NCBI GenBank assembly: GCA_977030845.1 | Contig: OZ365113.1 | Coordinates: 30,566,001 to 30,630,000, forward strand | Direction: 5' to 3' | Length of the DNA: 64,000 nucleotides | DNA from: Fimbriosthenelais zetlandica | Taxonomy: Eukaryota | Shown: positions 38,580 to 51,400 of the stretch, piece after piece | Layout: every line of letters begins with the position of its first letter | Numbering within the stretch: the first letter of the stretch is position 1 | Translations under genes and position numbers: made by a program | The notes under the pieces: model-generated | Databases searched by the model: none | What the model was told of the DNA's origin: nothing | Seen by the model: the letters and a program-made list of their open reading frames with translations, nothing else

Positions 38580-39338
38580 ACCATAAACTTTACATGCTTG
38601 CCAACTATATATAGGCAAAATGAGCTGAGGGCGTGGAGAGGCGTGATATATTCCATTGATAGAATTATTCCATGGCCATGACTATTCAAATTACAAGCAT
38701 TAGATGTGAACAAAAATATTAAATCGGACAGCTATCGTATATGATGTGTGCATGGCACTTTAGGGTCGCTCCCGATTCGTCCAAGCTGAACTGAATCTTT
38801 GATACCATACGATAGACGAACCAAGTACTGCACTTGATGAAATGAACAGAAGACCATTTTGGTTGACAAACGTGGTTTAATGTTAAAACTAATGTATCCT
38901 GCTGAAATTAAGCCACAATAAATAAATTGAATCAAAAAAGGATTATATGTAATGTTTTTTTACTAAAAAAATTGTATGTACGTTTATCCCCCACCATCAC
39001 AAACCTTCCCCAAGTCCAATACTGGGAGACTAGACAATTAGGGTTTGCACATACATATTCCATGCCTTCCACACCTAGGGTTCACCATAATTTCATGCTT
39101 GGAGGCAGACTTTTAAGTCTGTAAAGTAATTGTAAAAGTATTTGGTCCATGACCGAATTCCATGACCGACCTAATCTGTTCATGTAGGCTATAATACAGA
39201 CCCTGTTTCGATGACAACTGGAGAAATAGGAGCCCTTGCAAAAGTCTCAATCTCAATATCTAAAACTGTATGTTAATCCTATGGCCATCGCATTTCGTTG
39301 TTGCAGTTCCGGTGAGCACATTATTGTTATGGTTATGG

Positions 39339-40562
39339 TTACGTTTGCCTTTCCATAATATTCCCCGCAAAGTAGTTCTCCATCTTCTCCTTCAGAATGC
39401 TTACAATTGTTGGAACAGTGATTCCAGTGACTGCTATAATTATACCAAGTATTTCTGTTACATTGCCATAGCTGTGCAGGAAGATAGTAGGCATCAAGTA
39501 CTGTGGTATCATAGATAAAACAAACTTAGATGTATAGATGAGAGAGCAGAGTAATGGCATGAGGTGTCTCTGTGAATGGAAACCACACGTACTGGCTGCA
39601 GCTGCAGATAAAGTATGTCCTAATACCAAACCCCAAATTACAGCATCAAGGCTGAAGGACTGATTTTCAACAAATGCACTGGCAATAAATGACATTAGGA
39701 ATGCAGAGATTGAAACCCAAAAGAGTATCTGAAAGATGCCCTCATGATGAAGGCTCTGTGCTTTGACTGAAAATATTCTGGCTGTGCCGCTTATTCCCCC
39801 AATCATGGCCAGAATGTATCCTGGGAGAGCTATTCCTGTCGTAACCATGTTTTGGGATCCTGTTTGTTTTATATTATCCATGTACAATGTTTCATTACCA
39901 GATGATATGTATCCAAATGTAAACAAAGTATCAGACACATTTCTTCTTTCTTGGTACATTTCTGAGGTGTTTCTCAAGAATCTAGAGTGAAGTATAGACC
40001 TATGTGAACTGTAGTTGAGAAGACCTTTTGTATTCTGGGAATCCATTTCCATTGAGTAATTTCCAATTATTTCTGACGGCAAATCATGATGAAAAAGTGG
40101 CTCTGGTTGCAAAACCATGATTTCACCGATTACTGTCAGCAAGAAAGAAAACACCAGGAGCCAGGAAGTTTCTGATCTCCTCAAAATCAGCGTTGCTATA
40201 AAGGCGCTGATGAAATTACTAGCTCCGTAGGTGATATCCAGGTTTGCAAGAGGTGCAAAAGTAGCTCCATAATACATGCCGACATTGATGAATATACTGA
40301 AGATAGCTAGTAAAATGATCCAATGAGTGTTCTTAGGGTCAATTCGGAAGTGATTACCACTAGTAACAAATATTAATGTGGCAGAAAGTATGATGTCAAC
40401 TAGGTAACGGTATGCATTGAGTTGCATAGGAGGCAGATTATCCCCAATTTTCTGAACAAAACAACTGCTCAAGATAGACATTATGACAGCTCCTACACAA
40501 GTGAAGTAACCTAAGTTAAGATGCAAGCAATTCAAAATCCCTTTGAATCCATTATGTTCCAT
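39339..40562 (-). CDS. SLC35G/EamA-like transporter, intronless, paralog 3
   Basis: 407-aa single-exon ORF with the same motifs. It shares exact nucleotide blocks with paralog 1, e.g. GTGATTCCAGTGACTGCTATAA. Confidence 0.8.
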   Translation of the reverse strand: MEHNGFKGILNCLHLNLGYFTCVGAVIMSILSSCFVQKIGDNLPPMQLNAYRYLVDIILSATLIFVTSGNHFRIDPKNTHWIILLAIFSIFINVGMYYGATFAPLANLDITYGASNFISAFIATLILRRSETSWLLVFSFLLTVIGEIMVLQPEPLFHHDLPSEIIGNYSMEMDSQNTKGLLNYSSHRSILHSRFLRNTSEMYQERRNVSDTLFTFGYISSGNETLYMDNIKQTGSQNMVTTGIALPGYILAMIGGISGTARIFSVKAQSLHHEGIFQILFWVSISAFLMSFIASAFVENQSFSLDAVIWGLVLGHTLSAAAASTCGFHSQRHLMPLLCSLIYTSKFVLSMIPQYLMPTIFLHSYGNVTEILGIIIAVTGITVPTIVSILKEKMENYFAGNIMERQT

Positions 40563-41251
40563 TCTTCTTGGAAAGATGTCCCACGGTAACGACCAAATTT
40601 GGGAATTTTTTCGCTATCCTTAGAACAGAAATGAGAACGTGGGTTATGTGCTTCAAAAGTATACATAGTTAATTTATTGTCGGTTGGATGGTCACTGGAA
40701 GACCATCCAGACGTGGCAGCTAACGGTGGGGGCGTTATCAAGATTGTCACATAGGGGCCTATACAATAGATCTGCATCACAGCTATTATTATTATTACAT
40801 CGTCTCTTATATAGCGCAGTATCCTATAGTAGTTCAGTGCGCTTAACATGTAGATATAAATATATAGAATAATTAAGAAAAATGTTGTTTAAAAAGAAGG
40901 GTTTTTAAGACATGAGGCTAGGGCTGTCCCTTAAGCTTTCAGGAAGAGAGTTCCAGGAGTGGGCCGATGAGCTATGGGAGACTAGTTGTCGCAGTTGTTT
41001 TATAATTCTTGAGTTATATTTGCAGCTTGAGTTTATTACAGTCATAATTATTTCATTATGAGAGACTTCTAATTAGACTACAAATAAGTCTCCTGATCAC
41101 TGCCTGACAACATTTTGTATCGAGGTAGGCACATGTTTCACTCGTGCTCTCAAACTTGGACAGGCAACGAAACATTTTAAGCAGGTTATGATATGATATG
41201 TACAGTCTATTAATGGAGGCCCTTCCTTCCCATGTCCATATGTCTTTAGTG

Positions 41252-42079
41252 TCATAATTCTTTTTTCTAGCGCCCTGTGAAATTCCAAAGCATTTTGTTC
41301 AATATGTCCTTTGCTAATGACTGTTTCCCTCCCAACTGTGCAGGCAGCTGAATCCATCCTTCTACTCAGGTGTTGTACTAATTGCTAGGATCCAACTTTT
41401 ACATGTAACCGGGAGCCAGCGCGCTAGTTTCTCTGTAATTTCTTCTCTGCTCCTTCTCCCACGTTCTTAGATCGTGATTTAATGAATTTTTCATTAGTTT
41501 TTCCATCAGAATTCGAAATTTCACGGCTCTGGAGCTAATATTCGCTTTACAAATGATTGTTTGGTGTTGGAGGTCCCTCGGGCTTACATCCCCTCATAGA
41601 CTTATCATTGGGTGTTCACTCTGTAAACAGTGCTGCCGGCTGGTGTTTTCTGTAGAAACTACGGCGCGGCGCTCGGAGTAGGTCGTTCAGCTGTAAACCA
41701 CCAGCCGGCAGCACTAAAATACAGCCAGTACCACTCCAGTCGTTCCAGTTGTAAGGAGGAACGACTGGAGCGCCACTGTGCGGAGTGTGCTAATATACAG
41801 CCATAATTCAGGTCTCAGATCAACAAATAATGTTATTTACGAACGTATTCAATTTGAAAGCTTTTAAAATGCGCTAAAATATTTTCCGTACTGCCATTTC
41901 ATACGAAAAGTATAATTTTTAATCTCACAAACTCGTAAGAAATATTCAAAATTAATTTCTGAATTCTGGCTGTATTTTAGTGCTGGAGAGAAACAGTCAT
42001 TAGTTTGCAAAGGAAATAATGATCAATAATGAACAAAACACTTTGGAATTTCACAGGACGCTAGAAAATTGAATTATGA
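41252..42079. repeat. Composite foldback/inverted-repeat block upstream of Raf
   Basis: Outer imperfect IR of about 80 bp (41252-41332 vs 41984-42079). Inside are a perfect 17-bp IR (41629-41645/41699-41715), a 20-bp IR (41709-41728/41966-41985) and a 13-bp IR (41734-41746/41758-41770). Confidence 0.8.
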
Positions 42080-42360
42080 ATTCGGCCATTTAACACAGTC
42101 TCTAGCGCAGGCATATTTCTCTGCATATTTCCACAGAAGCTACACTTCTATGATCGAAGCGATACGAGCCCGGGATATGAGGGGCCTTCACTTGTCGCAC
42201 GCACATCGGCGGGCAGAAACAGATAATCCCATAAAAAGATGTAATTTTCACTCTCGGAAGTGTCGATCTATTTGTTTCCAGAAAACTAAAACGTGTTAAT
42301 TCGTAGAAACTTTGACACATAACTTTTAAAACTGACACTTCTCATCGTTTTTTGTTTACC

Positions 42361-42460
42361 CCGCCATCTTGAATCACGCAAAATCACGCCTAGGACGAGA
42401 ATCAGCGAGATTAAATCACCTCGTCACGTGACCTGAAATAAGTAGGTAATATGGCGGCGG
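42361..42460 (+). promoter_or_regulatory. CpG-rich Raf proximal promoter with YY1-like and E-box/CLEAR sites
   Basis: CCGCCATCTT at 42361-42370, the palindrome GTCACGTGAC at 42423-42432 and AATATGGCGGC overlapping the start codon. Confidence 0.5.
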
Positions 42461-45400
42461 TTAAACCAGCTACTTCAATGAACGGAGACATTCAATTTTC
42501 CATAGGTACCGAAGTCAACGAAGATGACGCTTTTGAACCTGCTACGCTTCAAGATGAGGTAATATTCTGCCTTTATGCTGTTTTTTACGGGTCGACGATC
42601 CGATTTTCGTACCGATCCGAGACCAAATTGTCATGTTTATCAGGCCCCTGACGTCCCTGGCCTTGGCGAAACCTCGATGCCTTGATAGAAAAAAATCCTT
42701 GTCTACTCCACCCTTAACGATTGGGATTAAGGTGGACGGTTCTTTTCATTTGCACATCCAGTTGGCTTTGTCTCTTTGCGTAGCTAAGAATTTTTCCATG
42801 GATTGCTTAGTGGCATTTGCATTTTAGAAGCAGGGTATTGCTGCACAAACCATCTCAGTGTTAACTCTCCTCCCACGCGGCGGCCATTTTGAATCGAAAA
42901 CGAGGCTAGTGACGCATAGCGGCGGATGACGGAGGCTTCCGGTCTTCCCGCGCGTAGGTCCTCACCGTGCCATCAACCATGTCAACCTGGACGAAAAATT
43001 TAAGTTCTTTACCTTCTGTTACACACTCTTTTATTGAGAAATGGGCGAGCGAGGACGAGGTGGTGCCCAGGCAGGCACTGAAGCGGGGCTACGCCTTTTT
43101 TTCTGGGTCCTATATCCATGATGTTGAAGGTAAGTTCATAATTTATGAGCGATAATATAAGTAGTTGCCACCCACGCCACTGTTTACAACAAGGCAATGT
43201 CAAACAAAAAAGAGGGAAATTATGGGAACATCCTGAATTAGGAATACTTCTCTGATATAACTGATGTTCTAGATATAAAAGTGAGTAGATAGAGCTCCCT
43301 TTTAAAAATATATTATCAAATAGATAGGCAATAGTAGCACATTTCATGAGACGTTTCAGGAGAGGCGAAGTCGGCCCATTATTCCAAGATTCAGCATTTG
43401 ATTTCATTTGGTTGGGTGATGCTAGCATATTATTAGTACACCATAACTAGGCTTGCACATAACAAATAATAAGCTAGCCTATAAAAAGCTAGTATGTAAT
43501 ATGCTTGCCTTAGGCTTAATGGCAACCCTCCTAAGATAGGGTGGGCTCTTAAGCTAGATAAAATATGCGTGTTCGCCCAGGGTAAGGAGCCGATCATACT
43601 GTCTACTTCTAAGCAACACTTAGGCTAACTTCACATAGTCGTAGGCTGACCTATAACTATGAACCCAAATCCTGAAATAGGCTGGAACTGGGATATAATT
43701 ATCCCTGAAACCATGAATAGGTGTGCCTATAAAATGTGAGCCCATTAAATGTTATGGTGTCATTAAGCCTAAGCCCCCTAACCCTAACCCTATAATACAT
43801 GTACATTTAATATATAATATGCTCGCGTGACCCAACCAAATCTTAGGCTGGCCACTAGATTAATCAATGACCCTATTACTAATTAGACCTATAATTATAG
43901 TGGTTGTAAGTTTAAATTTAAAAAGCAAACGATTTTCCAGTCTGAGGTTGTCTTCATATAGTTGTCAGTAATTATTCATTTAGCCCAATAGCTCCAAATA
44001 ATGAGTCATTACCCGGATCTTATATTCACTATTCAGTGAAGACAGGCAGTCCTGTCGCTGTCCGGGCTAAATGCTACCCCTCCATGAAAAAAAATGCAGA
44101 ACCAAAACAACTGGAGGTAAAACCTGTAATAAACCTGTATTCAGATTCAGCATTCAATTGTTATGTTTCTTTAAATAATATGGCTGGAGGGACGCAAACA
44201 TTTGTGTTTATTATCATTTTTGTTACTGCACTGTTCTATATTATAAAGTTATAATTAAAAGGCTCCCGTTGGGCTGATAGGAATTAACCTATTGAATTAC
44301 TTTTTTGGGAATTAATAACTAATGTCTGTTGCTACATAGTAGGCATGATTGATTTATGAAAGAAAATTATCGGATATTTAAATTTATTGGATTTAGAATA
44401 AAGTGAACTATGTTAATCTAAGTTGCCCTATGGAATGCATGGAATTTTTCTTAATAAATAATTTTTATATAATCTTTTTTTCCACATTCAGTTGGAATTC
44501 AGTGGGAACATCACATGCCGATGCTCCTGTACAGCAGGGAAAGGAGTTTGTAACCATGTGGTCGCACTCCTCTACCAACTGGCGCACTACCAGAGCCTGG
44601 GACTAAAGGTGGTTCCTCCCATCGTGTCAAAAACATCCACCCCTCAGCAGTGGCACATCCCTCCTCGGACCCACGGTGTTAAGCCAAGTACCATTTCAGA
44701 CCTGACCGTTGTTAAGGTGAAGCCCCCTTCTACAGATGCCCCAAAAGCTGCGAAGAAAAGGACTGTAACAGGTGAGAATGAGTATTTATAAAGAAATATT
44801 ATATGATACCCCCTGTATAATTCACAATAATTGCTTAAAGCTCATAGACAATCGGGCATGGGACTGGTGTTTGGGGCAAGGGTTCTATCACCAATGGAGG
44901 TCAAATCCTTCATCTTTCACACCTGTCCCAACTGATCTGTCTTATCTAATACCGCAAATCAGAAAATAATAAATAAATGATTACTTTGGTTATTTCAATA
45001 TAGCAACTACAGTACTATGGTAACCTGAACCATGATCAAATATAAACTTTTCCTCAAGATAATGTATATGGAGTCCCTCGTAAAAGTATAATTTGTATGT
45101 CCTTTCCTCCCCTACGCCCTACATATATAAGCCTAATTAGAAATTATTTAAAGATTCAATATATAATTATTGATTACAAAACAATAATTACTTTACTACG
45201 TATTTTTATCTATTACCACAGGAATCACGTCTACCCTCTACAACCCCGTCCGTGTCCCTATTTATAGTGCCACCAGGGACTTTGCTACTAGTCTCTCCCG
45301 TTTTACTTCCCAGTGCCAACAACCACAAATTTTTCAAGTGCTTCCTGACACCTGGCCTGCTGCCGTTCCGAGTCTGGTAGGCCCAGTGCCATCAGGCTCA

Positions 45401-48400
45401 ACCCTTGCCCATCAGCAGCAGCAGACTGGAAGCTCCGAAAAGTGCCCCCTACATGTAGATGCACCAAGTCGACCACCCTGCCCAAGACCAGTCCTGTACA
45501 TGTCCTATGACATCGCTTCCCTCCCTGATGACGTTAAATCAATATATGAAGGACTTGCCTGCACACTCACTGATTCATCCGATTACGAAATTTTGACTCG
45601 CCAACAAAGTGATTGTCCCGAGTGGAAAAAACTGCGGGAATCACGGGTAACATCTTCTAAATTTAAACAAATTTGTAGCCGACGAGCAGACTTTAAAACA
45701 CTGGCACAAAGGCTCATCACTGGAAAGACTCTCCAAACTAGTGCAATGAAACGAGGATTGGAACTGGAACCTCGGGCTGCGGAGGTTTACGCTGACAATA
45801 AGAGGGTTAATGTGTACAAAATTGGGTTTGTTATAAATCCGTCTGCACATCATTTGGGGTGCTCTCCCGATCGTCTGGTCTATGATCCGTCTCTCACTGA
45901 TAACCAAAAGTGGGGACTCCTTGAAATAAAGTGTCCGGTGAACAGCACATACAAAGAGTGCAAATATCTCAAACAAGGGCGAAATGGGGAGTTCTCTTTG
46001 AAACACACGCATGATTATTATTACCAAATTATGGGCCAACTGGGAATCACAGGTTTCAGCTGGTGTGACTTCATGATTTTCTGTGAAGATGATTTTCTTA
46101 TCGAGAAGATTAATTTTGATGAAGTTTTCTTTGCAAATATGAAACAGAATCTAGATAGATTTTATTTTGAACATTTCTTGCCATGTTTGCTATCGATAAA
46201 AAAATGAAATATGCAGTATGTTAACTATGTACAGGGTTGGTACATTTCCAGCAAATACAAATTTCATGAATTTTTAATGATTCTTACGGACGTACGTACC
46301 CTGGATGTATTCCTCATATTAATATCTGTCAGCACTTGGTGGCATGCTTAGCAGCTAGGATTAGGTATAGGCAGGTCATGTACTGCTCATGAATACACAC
46401 TTTTTCTCTAGTATTATGTATGAATAGGCAGTTCTTCTGCTCGAGTTCTTATGGTGGCGTTTATGGAGTAATACAGACTAAAAACAGGTCCTTGACATAA
46501 CTTTTTCTACTTAGAAAATAAACGAGCTGAAAGCACTTCCATAATCTATATGAAATTTGTTTTTATTTAAAATAAAAGCACTCTTTTCAATCAATTAAGA
46601 AGATTTTATGAAGACTGTCAATATATTAATTGTAAATGAAAATACCACCATCTACCCTGAATTGATCCATAGTCTGATTTATGGTATCTATCCTGAAGAA
46701 TAAAGTTATCTTAAAATAACCTCATTTTACCTGTACATTAATATGCAGTAATACAGCACATTAATAAATCTCGAATCAGATATTATTTTATGGAGTCTAT
46801 CACTTACACTTTAAATGTGTCTGTCTGACTAACCAAGTTTATATTATCAGACGCTGATATCTATATATACATACATCTAAACTAATTCCAATGCTGATGA
46901 ATACTGGTGAGGTTGTATATTTATCTGGGAAACACGTCTGTAGGAAGTGTAACTTTTATGAACAGGGTTCCCGCGCGGCATTAAAATGTCTTAAATTGGT
47001 TGTGAAAAATTTAAGGCCTTAAAAAGTATTAAATTTTGGCCTTTTTGGTCTAAAAAGTCTTAAATTTGTTGACGTCACTTCCGACGATATTACTAACGAT
47101 TTTTCAATGATTTAACTGGCAATTTTGTCGACTATCCACTGTCAGAAAGTGTGTAATTTAGGTCTTAAAAACGAAGATCATAGGTCTTAAAAAGTCTTAA
47201 AAAAGTCTTAAATTTCTCCAAACCGCGGGAACCCTGATGAAGCTCTGCCAGTTCAGTTTATTAAGTAAATAGATACTTAGGATAGGAGTTGTTACAAAAG
47301 GGCATAATCTATAATTTGAAAATAAAGGCCTTAAATATAAAGTCATGTTCTAACATTTGCTAAATAAAACCATATAAAGTGCAACAAGGGAAGTTTATTG
47401 TTAACAATCGTACTTGTGGACATTTGAGAAGTTTTGAGAACATGTTTTAGTATATCAAATATGGTTTATTGTACAACTATATGGAATGAAAAGCGCTGAG
47501 GAGATTTGACTATATAGATGACTAAATACAGGTCCTTGACATAACATTTTCTACTTAGAAAATAAACGAGCTGAAAGCACTTCCATAATCTATATAAAAT
47601 TTGTTTTTATTTAAAATGAAAGCACTCTCTTTCAATCAATTAAGAAGATTTTATGAAGACTGCCCAAAATACCATGTTCTATTTCTCAGTCCAAATTTTT
47701 CCATATCAAAAACTATTCCATGATGTTGTTGAGTACCCTCTCTATTATTTCTGGAATATATACATGATTGTGTAATGATTAGGCCAAACAAAAAATACCT
47801 GTGTTTGGGGTTTTCCGACCAACCCTAAAAAAAATCAATGTTTTCTAGATTTTATTCATTTTTTTGACAAAAACAAAATTCTAAAGCATCGACTGTATTC
47901 TGAATAATTGAAATCTCCGCTTTCCTTAAATTTTATCTCAATGAGAATCTGAACCAAAATAAAAAAATGTTGGCCTAAATTGGGAGATTTCCCTCCATCG
48001 GCTGGGTTTTCCCCAAAAGTGACCAACGTCACTGTTGTGGGCTGTTTCATGACAAAAAAGTACATGTTACTTGTATACTAAACTACCGGATTGATCAGTA
48101 AAAAATGACTTTTAAAGATATTTTTTAAAAATTTAATTCAGCCGACCCATGGTTTTTCAGAATAAAATCGTAAAATAATAATAAAAAAAAATAGTGCCGA
48201 CCTACCGGCTGAAAAGTTTTTTCATGTTATCCCAAACAAAGGTATTTTTTATTTGGCCTTATATTATAATAGTTTGTTATCGTAAAGGTTAATATCAATA
48301 GTTAAGTTCACTCGTTGTTCAATATACCATTAGCTTTACTCTTTATTCTACCCTCAATGTTCTACCATATCGCATGATGCTCATACATACATTCACCTGT

Positions 48401-51400
48401 TAATTATACCACAAAACCAACAGAAGGAGGACTTAGCCCTCAGTCTCACTCCAATAACCAAACGCAATAATTCTTTTCTATAATAGGCTATAACTCCAGT
48501 AGTTCCTTAAAAAAACCCTGGTATATATGAGCTAGGTACTAACAATGGTATATGGACCAGACTATATGATTCTAAAGTCGCAAATATGGATTTTGGGTTA
48601 GTTACAATTCTTATAGATAACATTGATATGGCACATTGAAAAATATTTGTATTTTTAATACATTTTATGCCTAAATGATTCCACCAGAGTGATAATTGAC
48701 TGATTGGGTCTGTGCAAATTTAGAAAAGAGGGCCCCTGAAGTTAGTGAGTAAAGCACATACTGTCCATATTTGATTTACAGTCCCCGCCAGGCTTAGTGG
48801 TATTATACTATCGAAAATGTGATACTCCTTTACCCTTCTAATTGCTCTTTCTACATGGATCCTCACCCTGGCAATATTTTGCGTTTGTTGGACCTCTCTT
48901 CGTTCAAACTGAGAACGTTTTCCAGTCAGAAAAGGTGGTATTGTCAGATTGGCACTTTTTTCGGCTAAAAGATCTTGTATGGTGAAGCCTTTGTCTGCCA
49001 TGACACAGTCCATTGGATCCAAAAGTTCTGTGATGCCACTTCGTTTAGTGATCTCGACGTCAGAAATACTTCCCGTGTATAACTGGCTTATGAATGAGAC
49101 AGCTCCGGAGGGTGTGATGCCGATCAAGCCCTTGAATGTTGTATTTCCTTTATAGTGGGAGTAGAGCTGGCTATTTAAATAAAGTGCTGATGGTGTCTGA
49201 CACTTTATTTCCGTACAGTCTATTATCACTCTGGTGGAGGGATAACTGTCTTTGAAGCATTGAGGCATGTGTCTATCGATTTTTTCACGAGATGGCCAAA
49301 TTGGTAAGCCTCCTAACAGGTGGTACAGATAGTTAGCCCATGTGATGATGACCCGACTCACTGTCGACAAGCTTACATTGAACCTTTCAGCCAAGTCTTT
49401 CTCAAAGTGGCCTGCCTTGCAGCGACACATAAATAAGAAGAACTGATCTATGGTCGACAGCTCTTCATGCTTGAAGACGTCTCTCGTGTTCAGTGCAGCA
49501 CCTGACCTTTGTCTTTGTATTTGTGACCAAGTGATGAGCTTATCTGCCGTTGGTTGTAATGCTAGGAACGTTGCGAGGAACATGTCATAGGATCTAAATC
49601 CTGTGTAGAAAGCTATCATGTCATTATCTGTGGTGAAACGGTTGATACCAAACTTTAGAGATTTCAGCTGACTATTTTCCTCCTCTAACAGAGAGATGTG
49701 TTCCAGGGCAGCTTTCAATTGATCCTCAAGTGACAAGTCTATACGTTCTGTGTAGTCATGGTCTTGAGGTCCTTCACAGATGAAGCCTTCATTTGTTTCA
49801 CTGAAAGAATAATAATTTATTTATATTATAAACATTTTACATATGAGGACATTTGGTCAGTCCAGTTTACATTATTGATGGGCGAACATATTGAAATTAA
49901 TGTAGTCCCACAAAATCTTTCCATCATAAATTACATCCCTAACTTATACATGATATTTTCTTCTGACACTCTGAAGATAATCATACGATGTAAATTACTG
50001 TTAAACATGTAGCTCTCAATTATATGACAATTAAGTGGATGGGGATAGAAATGACCTAAAAGTATGATTATAAACAATAATTTATATTTATTTATATTCA
50101 ACTATAATATGAATAGTGATGGATACTATCTCAAGTCACCTTTCTTGTGGGTATTCCACTGGGACGTCGTCATCAGTCGATACACTGGCTGCTGCTCGCT
50201 CCCGTGGCGGTTTCCTGCTTGTTTTTTCTTTTGCCCATGGAAATTTATGAGGGACTGCTCCTTTAATAAGGTGACGCTTGCCACACAAACTTCTCAAAAT
50301 CTCTTTCCCTTCGAAGTGCAGTGAGCACACTTTGGTTGAAGCAGTGATCTAATAAATAGAGAAATCCACACATTTATAAAATTGCTATTGATAACTATTT
50401 CTATTCAATCAATATTAAATATTTACTTATTTCACCTGATATATTTGGAAATTAAAACCGGTCCATATTACTTTCCAGTAATCACCCTTTAATTGCTTGT
50501 AATGGCCTAATATAGTAATGGCCTACATAAATTATTTCAAGGCCAAATAACATCACTGTTCTCTAAGCAAGTTGATGTACTCAAATGGTTAATCATCCAA
50601 TTCTGTACCCCCAGTTGCAGTTCGCTCCCCCAAAGAAAATGATAAATAAACATAGCCATAGGAAAAAAAACACACAGAGAAAAACCCCCTTTCCCTCTGA
50701 TCCTAGCCTATATAATTATGATCAGCCCATGCCTGGATAGAAATGTTTACCCTCATCCCCTGATCCTGTAGGCCTATAATTATCAATCAAAACCACTTAG
50801 GCCTAATATTATTAGCCTGAAATTTAGGCTAAATCATTAAATTTATGCCCTAATGATTACGGCGATTTTCACTTCAGGTTATAACAATTTTAATAAAATA
50901 ATTTCGCATTAAATCTGGAATTTGCCTTGGCATTACATTCATACGACACTATTTATCTATTAGCATTACGATCTATACCACTAATTCAACCCACTTGGTT
51001 TAGCCTAACTTGGACTTGGACAGGGAAATAATGTTACCAAAGTTGTGACAGCAATCTAATACTAATAGGGCCTATCTAGCGTTAGCTCTAGAGACTATGA
51101 TATTAATGATCACTCCTCATTGACAGTGACACTCAGTGGAAGTGACACCAAAGATTCTACTATATAGTAGAATCTTTGGTGACACTGTCAATGTCAGACA
51201 GTCAGTATAGCCAAGCTTACTGCAATGCCAACTTTATATTGCGCCATGGTATGCCCTAATACAACCAAATGCACCAGAATTTTCAAATTTATCGTTTTCA
51301 AGATTAACATTCTGTTTTTTATATTTTTTATCATTGAAGCTTAGCCTTAGGCTTAGAATGATCAATGTGAAACATTTGCTCGATGACACCAACAAATATT

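Noticed and set aside
35779-39990. Small ORFs overlapping the SLC35G-like genes
   Set aside because: Antisense or out-of-frame shadows of long intact CDSs.
43770-43792. CCCTAACCCTAACCC telomere-like motif
   Set aside because: Only about two units; expected by chance or inside common repeats.
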